Origin: Thalia democratica
Taxonomy: Eukaryota
Assembly: GCA_965202585.1 (NCBI GenBank)
Contig: OZ241829.1
Location: 65,782,001 to 65,846,000 of the forward strand
Reading direction: 5' to 3'
Length of the DNA: 64,000 nt
The position numbers and the translations under genes are program-made. Positions 1-13,324 of the stretch are shown piece after piece (the stretch's first letter is position 1; the number at the start of each line of letters is the position of its first letter). The notes under the pieces were generated by a model that was not told the origin of the DNA, did no database searches, and saw only the letters and a program-made list of their open reading frames with translations.

Positions 1-3000
1 AGATATTCAAGATAAAGGTCCTTTCGGAAGATTAAACACGCTGCTTGGATTCTGTGCACCCGGTTAGCTTCTTTTAGTTTCAAAGATAAATTTTTGTAAA
101 CAAATTACAAAACAACTGAATGTTTTAAATTAACAACCGTAAGTATTTATCTTTTCTGTTTTTTAATATGTCGAATAATTTAGTTTTGTTAAAGCCTTTC
201 AGCGCAAAGTATTGCTACTGAAGTTTGTACATAAGTTTAAGGTAAAATAAAAAATTACTAATAACTTTTAGCTTGCCCGCCACTCCCATTTTTAATACGA
301 AACGGGGTTAAGCGAGTTATTAGGCAACCGAATCGAAGGAGCTTGGTTTCCTTCTCGACAACCATACACTACTTTTGCAACCAAGGATTCACTCCGACTT
401 TTGTAAACAGCCGATACAGTTGCAACTACGCTGGGAGCTGGCAAAATTCAGAGTTGAACCCTAGGTGTTTGAGGCGTAAGTTGTAACAATATTGATAAGT
501 GTTTGTTTATCAGTCCACCTACTATTTGACTTTAAGGCTGCCCTAACCTGCAAAACGATCCGTACGGAAGTCTTGAAGCATCTGTACAAGCTCGGACTAA
601 TTTCTATCTGGCCGGTGACCGAGTTGAACTAAGCTGTGATGATGACTACGTGTTGAGCTCAGACTTAACAGCTTCAAGTACAACTTTGTCCTGCCTGTCA
701 AACGGAAGGTGGAATTACGAAAAAATACCGGTTTGTATTAAAAGTGAGTTACGCTAATCAAAAGCTTTTATTCTTATTCTGTTGAACTTTCATTTATGTA
801 AGAAAAAAATTTAAGACGTTCTTTTATTTTGACACCTACACTTGTTTCAGAAGTTTTTCAGCACTAAAATTAGTGACCTAACAAGTTTAGTTGATTCGTT
901 TTTTCATTAGTTTAAATGCATTTAAACTAATTTATTAACTTAATTTTATCTACAATATACTTCTTTTCTACTCAATTTGTTTATTTTAAGGATGTGACGA
1001 CCCTCCTCGAGGCGACTTTCTAAATTCCACGATAAAGTTCAGTCACGCACAAGGAGAATACTGGTCGTACACCGTAGTGGAGTACGTATGCAAGGAAAAA
1101 CACACTTTTAAATATCCCGATGAGGACGGGACTCGCACTTGTGAAGGAGACGCAAACTGGAGCGATGACTCCCCTCCTGAGTGTGCTCCCGGTTAATAAA
1201 TGATGAAAATATTATCACTATCCCAACAAATACTTTTAGTTATATTTAAATCTGTGCGTAAGAAATAACAAATAAACTACACTTAACAGAATGTGAAACT
1301 CCTCCAGCCGTTGAAGGCTCAACAATTAATATTTTAAACGACTCATTTATTGAATACGAATGTTTAGACGGTTATCACATTGACAACGAGTCGAACAGCG
1401 TTTTCGAGTGCAGGCTCGGTCCTGTTTGGTTTCCCTTGGAAACTCCTGTCTGTCTAAAAGGTAAATAAATACCAGTTTTTACTGCAAACTGTTTGTTAGA
1501 CAAATTTCAAGCGTCTAAAAAGATCCTCTCAGGCTCAAATCAATTTCCTACTCTAAAATTTTTTAACGGACTGTTTTTAAGTGTCTTGAAATGTTATCAA
1601 ATTTATTACGAGTTTATCTTTTCTAGAATGCAACAGCATACCCGTGTACGATAAAACGTTGCCCGCTGTTGTTACAAAGAATGTTTCAAGGGAGGGCAAG
1701 CTTATAACCGGATCATCGTTGAATTTCAGCTGTCAACCAAACTACGGCCTGATCAACTCGATATCGAGTTGTGGCCTCGACGGCAGATGGACGCCCGAGA
1801 TCACGTGTGTTCGAGGTATGTATATTTGCACGTGAAAAAATAAATTAAAAACAACTCATTTTTTTGTTTTTAAAGATTGCGGGAATCCAGACGAGATCGA
1901 CAACGGATCTTTCCTGGTCAACGAAGAGTCGGATGAGTATCCTGAAGGTGAAGAGGAACTGTACAGCAGCAAGTATCCGCACCAGGTGACTTATTCTTGC
2001 AACCCGTTTCACTCGACGGTTCCCGGAAGCGAGATGGTGTTGAAATGCTCGAATACCAGCTTCACGTTTGAACCTGAGTTGCCGGTCTGCTTGCCAGGTG
2101 ACCAAGTCGTATACAAATGTTTAAGCTCATGATTTGTACTAAATTTTATTAAAAGTTTTAATCGGTTTTTTAAAGTTTTAATGTTTCAATTTATTTTAAA
2201 ACCACAGAGTGTTCAACCCCGCCAACCAACAATTATTCCACGTTTGATTTTTTCATGAGCACTCACCGTGTCTACCTACCGCCGAACAGAATAAAGTACA
2301 CTTGCGAAGCCGGCTACAGAACTTTGCCTTCAGGTCTCAGCGTGCTGCAGTGCGGTGATGACGGGGAATGGACATTTGATGATTTCAAAAGCTGCTACAC
2401 TGGTTAGATTGTTGACTAGGTTTATTTTGATGGCTTAAAAGTTAAAGTAAAACGGTCAGTTAAAAATATTGCTTAAGTAGTTATAGTATATTTTTATTCT
2501 ACTAAAAGGTGATTACAAAACTTAATATTATACTGCTTTAGTAATAATAAAAACATTTTTAAACAACGTTTTTGTAATTGGAACTATAAAAGATTACTTT
2601 AATTACATTGCGTTTTAAAAAAGTATATTTCTAAAAGCTTTAATACGTCATTCACAATACTTTGAGCAGAGTGTAAACTTTTTTCATAAGTTTTTATATT
2701 TAAATAATACTAAACAAATTTAAAACAGTTAAGCAAAAATTACGGAAAAAATATACAAATACTAATTAAAGTACATTAGTATAACTTTTTCCACAACTTT
2801 AATAGAAACAGAATGCAATTCTGCGACCCCACAATTAGACAATGCAACTCAGCATTTCAAATGGCAGTATGAAGGGGTGCATCTTCCAGGCACGCAAGTC
2901 AATTATGTTTGCCAGAACGGCTTCATCATGGCCCCGCAGTTTTTCCAGGGATTTGAATGCAGCGAAAATTCGTTAGAATACGACATTCCTCTCACAACCA

Positions 3001-6000
3001 GAGAGTCGTTTACTTCTGGAGCTTGCTATCCGGGTTTGGTTTCAGAATATGTATATTAATTAAAACTTCTTTTTTGCTTTTTTATTTTGTTTTTAAGTTT
3101 TTTCCCATTTTGAATTAACAAAATTAACTGGAAATCTTCAGACTGTGGCGACTGGCCAGACATCCCGAATGGCAAACGGTTCACTGCGGATTCACAGTTT
3201 CTATCGGACTTGGTAGGAGAAAGACACGTTTTGATAATTTCATCCAACTATTTGTGCAACACAGGATATCTTTACACGAGCGCAAATAGCCTTGTAACAT
3301 GCACTGATTCCTCAAAACCACTAGATGTTAAAAGTTGCTCTAGAGGTAATATTTTGTTTATAACTATTTATGAACAAAAACATAAACGTAACTAAAATTA
3401 AAAAAATAATATTTAAAAATCTAAACAAAGTTGAAAAGTGTATGTATTCCAGAATGTAAAAGTTTGCCAATTACAAGTATGGACTTTTGCAACCGTCGAA
3501 TATTACAAAAGGCCAAGGACAGATATTAATGTGGGAGGAACAGAATTCAGATTTGTTTGCGACCAAGGGTACTTCCTCGTGGACCGTCCTGGCTCGTTGC
3601 GTGTGAGCTGTGAAAAGCTACGCGATGGTTTTCAAGAAGATCTAGGAATATGCGGAGTCATTGGTTTCAGGTGTGATCTTAATGGTATCTGGCACTCTTT
3701 GGAAAGATCGCGCTGCATTACAAGTAAATTTAACGTACCACTTTGAATTAAACACTAGTATTTTTTGCATCAAACTAGTTGGCATGTTTAGTAGTTGAGT
3801 GAAACGTGTTTAATGAATTTAATTTAGGTTGTCTGACACCACCAAGCGACGATTTGGCAACTTGGAAAATTACCAGCACATATTGGGAAGGAAGACTGTT
3901 CACCGACACGGTTGTAGAGTACACTTGTCCTGAAACCCACACGCTGACCAACTTCACTGATTCAACTCGTACATGTGGAAGAGACGGAAGTTGGAGCGAT
4001 CCTGTTGCACCCAGCTGTATCCCTAGTAATATTCGTTATTATTTTTAGTGAACTCTAGTTTCCAGAGCTTTAGCTTATAGTTTTACCTCATTAAATACTT
4101 TTAAAGTAACGTGTTACAATACACATAAAACTATTTTTCTTAGCTGTTAAATCTCACGTACGATGAAAATAAAAGTTTATGAACACTTTGGACACGCTAC
4201 CAAAGTAAATTCTAAGGAGTGATATAGCTAACGTGTACTAAGTAATGATAATTATTGAGTATTTAATTTTCAGTTTTAAACCTTTATACTATCAATACTT
4301 CTTATGACAATCACTTCTGCATTAAAACATACATATGGGAAATCAACTACTTTTTTTTGTAAAACTTACTAATTTACGCAGCTTAATGAGTTTAAGGACG
4401 TCTGCTTAAGTTTTGTGTTCAATTTAGCTAACTTTAAGTCTTTTGCATAAAAATTTGGCTTTTAGATGGAAGACAATATATCAAAAAAACTTAATTACTG
4501 TTTACAAAAAGTTTGCCTTCTTTGGCAACAAATATAACTGTACCAAATATTGATTAGTTATAAAAGTTTTGAAAATTTCAACAAATTTCAGTTTGCGAAC
4601 TGTTGCCAACTTCCATCGAGAACGGTCAATTCCACCAGTTGACCGATCAGCATGCCAGCATGAAAGATGTAGAAGGAACAAGGAAGAGTTACGTTTGCGA
4701 CGAAGGCTACCACCTGCTCATATCCTCTTATTTTCCAGCTTCTTTTACATTCCACTGCAACCAACAAGTACCTCCGAATGCTGTGCAGTGGAATGAAGTC
4801 AGTTCTGGGAGCCAAGTGGCAAAACCGTTGTGCATTAAAAGTTGGTGTTTTTTTATTAAACGTTGTATATGAAAAGCAATATACGCCTTATTGATAAAAA
4901 ATTTTCAGGACAATGTAAAGCGTATCAAATAATAACGGATGCTCATTCGTACGATGAGGCAGTTGAAAAGTGCGACAATTTGTCTGCAGACCTTCTTGGA
5001 CCAACCCTTGACGATGTAGATTATAAAAAGTTTGTTTTAAAACACTTTGCTAACCCTACTACTTTTCTAGTTACGTTTTATAAAAAGAAAAAATTGCATT
5101 CAAAACGGTGATTGTTTATTTTCTATAACATTAAAAATGTAAACTTATACAACAGGTATTTGAAGGCTATAACTCAGCACATGAGTGATGAAAACTTCGA
5201 GTACACTTACATCTACGGAAAGCCAGAATTGAGCGACACCTTTTTAAACTGGTGTTCAGGCTTCCCAAAACCTTCCGCCTCTTCGATCTGCTATTTCATC
5301 CGCACAAACGGCTTCTGCGTTGTTAATTTAGACTGTGAAAGCAAACGGCCGATTGTATGCGAAGTTGACCGCTTCGAGCTTAGGCCAAGAGAAGAGTCAA
5401 ACTCATACCAGTTTGCCGACGATGCTTGCAGATCGGTAGAAGGTACCCTGATGTCTACGACTTTTTTCATCCCTGCTTATATGCCGTAAGTACTTTAGAG
5501 AAGTTATCTTTGTTTTTCTTGTTATTTGCATTGACAAATTTCGGTACTTGAATAGTAGAAAACGGTAAGTTAAAACATTTTCAAACTGAAATGTTTATTT
5601 TTATTAAAGTTCAACTGAGTTGACAAGTCGAGCAAAAATAATAATAAGCCGTATTTTGAAAATAGTTATATGAACATCTTTAAAATTTTACCACATTCAT
5701 AGAGAACAATAATAAAAAACAAGGGTTTATGTTGTCACAAAAACATTTTCTCAGGTCAAAATAGTTTTGCTAAACTTTTAAAAACTATACAAATAACTAA
5801 TTTCTAGAGGTAACATTAAGCACTTAAAATCTACATGTATTATACTATACCCAAATTACAGTCGAATAAAGAAGATCATAGACACATTACCAGGAAGCAA
5901 GATGTGGACTGGTTTGCAGCGGCCCGGGTCCGATTATTCCGCAAACGACTTCGTCACCCTGCCCGACGGTAAAAGAATTCTGATATCTCAAATATCGCAG

Positions 6001-7625
6001 TTCTGCCGGCGCGAACCCGACAACTTCCAAAGCATTCAGCATTGCGTGGACTACAACCGAGATCGCGGCTGTTTGAGCGACTTCGGGTGCTACCAATCCT
6101 ACCAGGCTTCAATCTGCGAAATTGCCGTCTGCTCAGCTCGAGACGCCAAAGTGCCAAATCTTCCTTACACGAGATGCAGCAGAGGAAGCTGGTACGTTTC
6201 AGCTGACAGATCAGAACGACTTGTCTGTTACGCAGGTACAACAACTGTTTCAAATATCGTTTTAGTGTTTTTTACTATCAATTTTGATTCTTCAGATGTT
6301 CAGCATTTGTTTTCAGACTTGTATACTACAGTAGAATTATTTTAAGACTAAAAAACATGTTACTATGTAAATTTTTCTATATCGTTTTTCAACTTAATGT
6401 TTTTTAATTTCCGTAATTACTTAAATGACAACTTATAATTTTTTATAATTTAGTACAATTTAGTAAATATATACACGTTTTCGTAAGTTAATTAGGATAA
6501 AAGTAAAGTTAAAAGTTGCTTAAAGCTTTCATGAGTTCATTCATGAGTTTAAAACTTAGAAAATATATTCAAATAGATAAGTATTGCTACCTAAGCTAAA
6601 ATAAAAGTCAAACTGAATTAAGACTCAAGTAACAAATTGTATGAGTTTTGTCTACAATTATTTGTAATTGGACTATAAATGCAAGAAAAATAAGTACCGT
6701 TTTGAACTAAAATTATAATAAGTGTATTTGCCACAAGCTCATATCAAGTGCTTTATATAAGTAATTAAAAGCTTATGATAAAAATTACGCACAAATTCTA
6801 TTCAAAAAAGCCAAGCAAAGACTTTAAGCATGTAGCATTCTGTTTGTACATTTGTAGACAAACTACTTATTCAAAAAGAGATGAACTGATCCTTCTCTAT
6901 ATACAATTCATCAACGACATTACTTTATAAAACAGGATTTGACATCAAACTGACAACGGAAAAAGGAAGTTGGGAAGAAACAAGAGACATGTGCGAAGAT
7001 ATGGGAGGTCAACTGGTCCACAACACTTTGAAGAGATACGTTGGAAGACTTCGTACATCGTATAAGGAGTAAGTAGCTAAAGAATTTACTCAAGTTAAGT
7101 TGTGTATTGCTACTGAGCAAGTGTAATGAACAAGTTTTTAAAATTTGGTATTATCCATTCAAGCTCATTAGATTGATTATTTTTATAAATCTTTTGATAA
7201 AACGTGTTTTGGACGTGGAATAAAACATGACACTTTATTTTTTTTTTTACCATTTCAAAATCTCATTGAGCATAAGTTTTTTCTACATTAATAAAATCTT
7301 AAATTAAATATTGAAAAATAAAAATTTTGAAATTTTTCACTTATTCAGTTTGGTGGAAGAAGCGATTGACAGCAACGATGTTTGGATCGGATGCCAGCGG
7401 GCCAAGGACAAAACTTTGAACAGCGAGTTCCAACTGTTGAACGGCGAATATTTGTTCGCTTCCCGCGCAAACCCGTTTGAACAGCTGCTCTACTATTGGT
7501 CGGCTTCAGTGCCACGTGACACCGAACTCGATCAAGCCGTTGTCATAAGGCACGAGAAAAAAGCGCTCGAAAACTTGCCCAAGTCACAAGAACTTTACGG
7601 GCTTTGTGAAATTGGACATTATTGA
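1..7625 (+). pseudogene. 3' part (CCP14-26 plus 3 CTLDs) of a second copy of the sushi/C-type lectin gene, with a +1 frameshift in CCP24
   Basis: Exons: <1-62, 272-475, 537-743, 991-1191, 1290-1460, 1627-1815, 1876-2097, 2208-2402, 2812-3033, 3142-3345, 3453-3723, 3828-4025, 4592-4840, 4909-5029, 5156-5485, 5862-6235, 6936-7068, 7349-7625. Exon 3453-3723 is 271 nt versus 270 nt in the other copy (GACTTTTGC vs GACTTTGC; TTTT at 3485-3488), giving TAA at 3527-3529. The extra T could be a sequencing error. Confidence 0.85.
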
Positions 7626-10600
7626 TTTATTCTGTTTTTATTTTTTCTATAAGTTAGTTTTTTCTATATTCAAACTTGTATCAAATGATTTCTTCTAAAA
7701 TGGTATAAGATTTAAATTTTAAATTTAAATTTTATAACGATATTTATCGTTTATATTTTGTCTAGTAGTATGTTTGATATATTAAGACATGGATAATTCA
7801 ACAAATTAGAAATATTCTGTTTTATTATATTTCAATGTTATTAAGCTTTGCATTTTGTTAAACTCCCGAAAACTAAATTTTATTTGTCAAACTTTCAAGT
7901 ATTGGATTATAACAATTTTATAGTTGTGTACTTTGAAAAGTTTCACTTGAAATAAAAATTGGTTTTTTTACTTCGTTGTTTACTTATTATATTTTAGTTT
8001 TAAAAGTTTGATTTATAATACTAAAGTTGTGGAGTGTATAAAGCAAAGTTATATTTTTTAAATAATCATAAGTATTTCAAGTTTCTAATATAAACTATAA
8101 GTAAATATAAGACTTAAAATAGTTTTCTTAAGGACGCTACAGTTTAAAATAAAAAAGACTATTTTTTATAATCAAATTTACCCAAGGTAAGTATTAAATT
8201 TTAATATATGTTTCTTAACATTTTTAAGCTACTTAAAAATGTAGCAGTAAGTAAAGTTTTTGTCTTAGAAAAACAAAAAAAGACCTTGTGAGTAATTTTT
8301 GTGATAGTTTGTTTTAACTATGACTTAGCATGTTTAAAAATATCACGAATGTATATAAATGTAATGAATAAAAACATAAAAAATTAATTGATCTTATAGG
8401 TCAAAAAAAAGCTATGCTGTTTTCTTTAGTCTTAATAAAAAGTGTAATATGTAAAAAAGCAAAAAAAAAAAACTTAAGACTTTTTTAAATTGAATAAAAA
8501 ATAAAAGTTTCTCTAAATTTATTCGAAACGTTTTGAACTTTATAAATGATAGAAGAGTAGAAAAATAAGTTGACTTTTAAGATCATGAAATTATTTTTTA
8601 ATGTTTTGATATAATCGAAACAAAAAACTTATTATCTATAAAGCAAAAATAAACGTTTAAAATGTATTTTTAACTGAATACGAACCTTAGGCTCAACTCC
8701 TTTATATTATCTCAAAAATGTGTTTAATTTTATAAAGAATACCCATGTAATAAAAATAGATGGGCTCTTATATACAAAAAAATGTAGTTTTTGTTTAATC
8801 TTAAAAAAATTTATTATACCTATGAAGTTAGATTATTAAGTTTTTTATCTAAACTTTTTATAAATCATAAGCTCAATTAAGTTTTTTTGAAACGTGTTTA
8901 TTTTTATAAATATAAACAATTAAAAAATAGTTGAACTTTAGGTCACAAAGTTTTTTATGATTACTCTATCTAAAAAAATTTGGTACTGAAAAACCAAGAA
9001 GTTTGAGCAAGATCTTGTTTGTTAAAATTGAAAAAAATTATAAGTGTAACAGATTAAATTAAAACTGAGTAAAAGTTAAAAAAAAGTTTTCAAAATGCAC
9101 GAATATCTAAAAGCTTCTCTTTCCCACTATAATAATATTAAAAGTTGTTTATACTCCACCAAGTCGAAAACTACTTAAATTTGTTATAAAATCATGTAAA
9201 CTTTTCCTTTTAAAATATAGTTTTACAAAAAAATTTTTTTTTTATTTTAAGAAAATTAATATGTCTTTTAAATATTGAAAAATATAAAATACTCGATATG
9301 ACAACATGCAAGAAAAAAAAATAATAAATTCATCAATTTTGTTGTCTACAAAATGTTGAATTGAATTAACAAAATCTTAATTAATGTTTAAAAAAAAGAA
9401 AATTTAAACTTATTAATGAAAATATAAGTAATCAAACTAAATAGTAACGCTAAAAAAAATAAGGAATTTTTCTTACCATGACGAAATATACCGATTGAAT
9501 AAGCAATTAGCAAGGCCTTATAATCGTTCTACATAATGAAAATATGACAAACAATGTTGTCTGCTGTTTTTTTTTTACTTTGAAGTATTTCAAACAACTC
9601 GTATTGATATTATGAATATGCTTGCGGTACGTTGTAAAAAAGTAGAACGAAAATATAAATTTGTAAAACTTTACATCGGAAAGCTACGAGAATTAGAATA
9701 TGGTGTATGTCTAGCTTTTAATGATATAGTTTCTTAAACTTAGATCGTACATCTTAGAAAATAATTTAGTTAGTGGAACGTCATATACAATGTTTTTTCT
9801 AACAAAAATGCCAGCACGGACCAAAAGTTATTTGATTTCGTAGGAAGAGTTCCAGAATTAGTTTACTATACCGCCTCAAATCTACTTGAACATAACGTTT
9901 TAATAAAAAATATGTTTTAGATTTAAAACTCTTTATTTCTGGATACCTTGCAATGGTGCTGGAAAGAATTATTTAAGATTCCCGCCAAATTCTTGCGATT
10001 CAAAACGAATATTTACAATCTAAATACTTCAACAAACGCCGACACGTATTAAGAAAAAAAAGATTACTGAGGATTAACTAAGAAGTTCATTGTAACTTTT
10101 ATAATATTCATATACAAACTAGTTTTTAAAAAACGACATATTATTTTTTCGTAAGATAAAATAGAAAAACGACTTTTAAGATAGTTATTGAAAAAACTTT
10201 TATCAAAATATATTTATGAGTTATGTGAAAAAAAAAACATTTATTTTAAGCTTCTAAGTTTCGAAAAATAACTGTTAAATGTTAATTAATGGTTTCAACT
10301 GCTGAGCTGATTTTAGTAACAAGTTTAGTTGGGTTACAAGTTGTTGAATATGTTATAACATTTTTTTATATTACAACGATTATTTTCAGGGAAAAAAAAA
10401 CTTTTCATTAGTTTTTATAATTTTACACTTGAAATTTTATGCTTACTTTGCAAATTTTAAGTTGTAACCCAAGACACATTTTACCCAATCTGATTTTTTT
10501 CTATAGAAAGTATATTATACTCTTTTTAGTCATTAAAAAACAATAAATTAAAAACCAAAATAAGTGATAGTTTTATAAAACTTATAAGTTTTTTAGTTTA

Positions 10601-11035
10601 TTGAAAACGATACAGAAATTGACATTCGGTAATATAGTCAAGGGAACTGATTTATGCTTAAATCTTTAAAAATATCAAAGAATTAAATTAATTAATAACC
10701 TCTAAAAATTTTTATACTGTAGATAAATGATTAGAAGAATATCTACATAAGTGACTTGTTGCATTTGCATAAATAATCTGAGTAACTTTTTAACTTTTTT
10801 ATAACTGTGTTTCTAAAAGTTGGCATAATAGCTTTTAAAAAGTTATTTTACTGTATTAGTGCTGATTAAATGTTTTTGTTAAACGTGTTTTAAAAAGAAT
10901 TTCTATATTTTTTTTTTGGGTAGATCTCAGCACTTATAACAAAAGAAAAAGTATTCAAACTAACAATGTCATAAATATCACTTCATTTCAATTTTAACAC
11001 AAAACTGTTAAATATTTTAAACATAATTTATTTTT

Positions 11036-11852
11036 TCACCATTCCTTTATGTTCTTTTCCGAAGAAACGAATTCACCGTTCGGGGACTCCACCCCGGCCG
11101 GAAGCGTCGCCAGGTAAACCGGGGGCTTCGGCGCCCTGATCGGGCGTCCTCGAGGCCTTATCCCCGCCCAAGTCCGTCTTCACCCATCCGGGGCACATCG
11201 CGTTGATTATGACGTCACTACCCTTTAGCTTCCTGGCCCACACGAAGGTGAGCGCGGACATGCCGACCTTGGACATTCCGTACGGCTGCTCCACGAACCC
11301 GTCTTCCTTGCAAGTCCCCCTCCGGCAGCTCTCGACGAACTCCTCCATCTTCCCCGTCAGCTCCTCCTCCGTCAGCGTCTCCCTCCTGAAGAACTTTTGG
11401 TTCTCCTCGCTCAACTGCTTGAGGTACATGATGCTCAAAGTGCTGGACACGTTGACGATCCTGCCACCCTTCCTCACAAATGGAAACAGGATCCTGCTGA
11501 TGTCGACGGTTCCAGTGTAGTTCGTCCTCACGCAGTCCTCCGCCTTTTTCACTAGCGGCGTCGCGTCGGTCGAGTTGTACGCGATGCCCGCGTTGTTCAC
11601 GATGACGTCGATGCCCCCGTACTGTGACGTCATGAAGCTTTTGAGCCGCTCGATGCTCTTGACGTCGCAAACGTCCAATTCGTGGAACTGGGGGTAGAGT
11701 CCCTCTCTCTCAAGGGTCTTCACCGCCTCCCTGCCGCGCTGCTCGTTCCTGGACAGAATGAAGACGTCCCCGTCGAACTTCTGGCACAGCCCCCTGACGA
11801 TGGCGAGCCCGATGCCCTTGTTGGAACCCGTTACTATGGCAACATTTGGCAT
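11036..11852 (-). pseudogene. CBR1: Second CBR1-like copy with a +1 frameshift near the 3' end
   Basis: Same sequence as 51,348-52,163 but 817 nt. An extra C at 11,119-11,120 (gtaaaccggggg vs gtaaacggggg) changes ...EAPVYLATLPAGVESPNGEFVSSEKNIKEW to ...EAPGLPGDASGRGGVPER* (stop at 11,073-11,075). Also P2/T2, F/I and M/V differences. Confidence 0.85.
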
Positions 11853-13253
11853 AATTTTCTCGTGTTTAAAATTTATCTGTCTTAATTTAAATTTTTTGAT
11901 ATTACATTTATTAATAATAATATTTTCATTTTTTTTCATAGTATGTAATACTAAATACTTAAAAAAAAAAGAAAAGCAAAGTACATGTTGGAAAAATATA
12001 TTATTTAACATGTTTTACTAACTAGTATGCTAATTAAATGTTTTATACTATTGTTTCAAAAAGGAACAAAATTTTCAAAAGTACTGTGAATAGTCAGTTT
12101 GACTGTTAAAATATTACATCATATAACTTTTTTATGTAAAGTTACTAATTTTCGCGCGAATGAAAGTTACTATGAATAAAAATTTGTGCATAAAGCATTG
12201 AGTCGAATAAACGTGTAAAGAAGTGTTTATACTTAACACATACTATTTATTTAAATATGTAAAATTGTGAAATTTAAGTTACAACAAAAAAGAGTTGTTT
12301 TATTTTTGTATTAAATATAAATATTAAAACAGTTGTAAATAATTTTGAGATTTGTTCAGCATAGTTAGTTTGTTTTCAGGCAAAATTGTAATCTAACTGA
12401 ATTTGTAAGTAATATATATATTTAATAAAACTTTTTACGAACCGTCTCAATTTTACACACAAAACACTTTGAAAGGTCTTCTGTTTATTTATATAAACAT
12501 TGTAAATCGTGTTTGAAAAATAAACTACGAACTGATGGTAAAACTAACTAAGTTAATTAAGTTTGAATTTAAACAAAAAAAGCTTAGTTTACTTAACTTA
12601 AAAACTTGTAAGTCACTTTCATGTATATTTGTTTACAACTACTGTCAATACATGAAAATGAAAAGGCAGCACTTGTTGGTTATAAGTAAAGAACTTAAAA
12701 CCAGTGAATGTTGGTGGATCATAAACTAAATGTTCTGTTTAGTCTTGCTGTCTGAGGACTGATTGTCAGTCAGACTTTTCTATACGCTTTACATTAAGAC
12801 GGGTAAACACTCTAGGGTTTTTCAAATATATAGTTTTATCATTTATGTTAACTTTGCGTAACAAAACACAAACTAATTTTTTACTAAAGTAAAGTATTAT
12901 TAAAAGCTTGTAAACTAGACACTATTTAAATTTGAAAAGTAGATACAAATAAATAAAAATCAGAGTAAATACGCTCAACGATTTAATTATAAAAAATTGA
13001 TTTACTTTTTTGTAACTAAAAAAATATTCACTTAACTAGTCTAAACGGCAAGTGCAAAATAAATAAGTTGTGAAGCTGCCTAGCTAACCAACTTTCGGTT
13101 ATAAACGAAATAAAAACAAGCAAGTCGAGTAAATTAATGTTACATCTTTTACTGATTCTAAAGAACTTTCTGTTGTAATTAAAAGGTTTTTTTTTAATAA
13201 AAAATTTCTTCACAATTTTCCAACACAAACTACCATGCAAATGTTAAAAAACA

Positions 13254-13324
13254 CGCTACCGGTTGGATTCGATCTCGGTCCACTCGAATGGAAATTTTTG
13301 TTTTTACCACTCGACCATCAAGGT
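13254..13324 (-). other. Degenerate tRNA-like sequence (tRNA pseudogene or tRNA-derived SINE head)
   Basis: The reverse strand has an A-box-like TGGTCGAGTGG and a B-box-like AGATCGAATCC at tRNA spacing, with TTCCA in the anticodon position. Stems are poorly paired. Confidence 0.45.

Noticed and set aside
1845-6253. Minus-strand ORFs overlapping CCP and CTL exons
   Set aside because: Antisense shadows of GC-richer exons that run into introns and have no domain motifs.
8270-9000. Faint degenerate short repeats (...acctt/actttaggtca...tatcta...)
   Set aside because: Too degenerate to define a unit by eye in ~80% AT sequence.
11853-12011. 53-aa N-terminal extension of the CBR ORF
   Set aside because: AT-rich, low-complexity upstream DNA. 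Homology begins at the Met just before VAIVTGSNKG.
11203-12021. Overlapping ORFs on both strands of the CBR genes (11203-11520, 11218-11670, 11682-11885, 11758-12021 and their copy-2 equivalents)
   Set aside because: By-products of the very high GC3 of the real gene, with no recognisable motifs.
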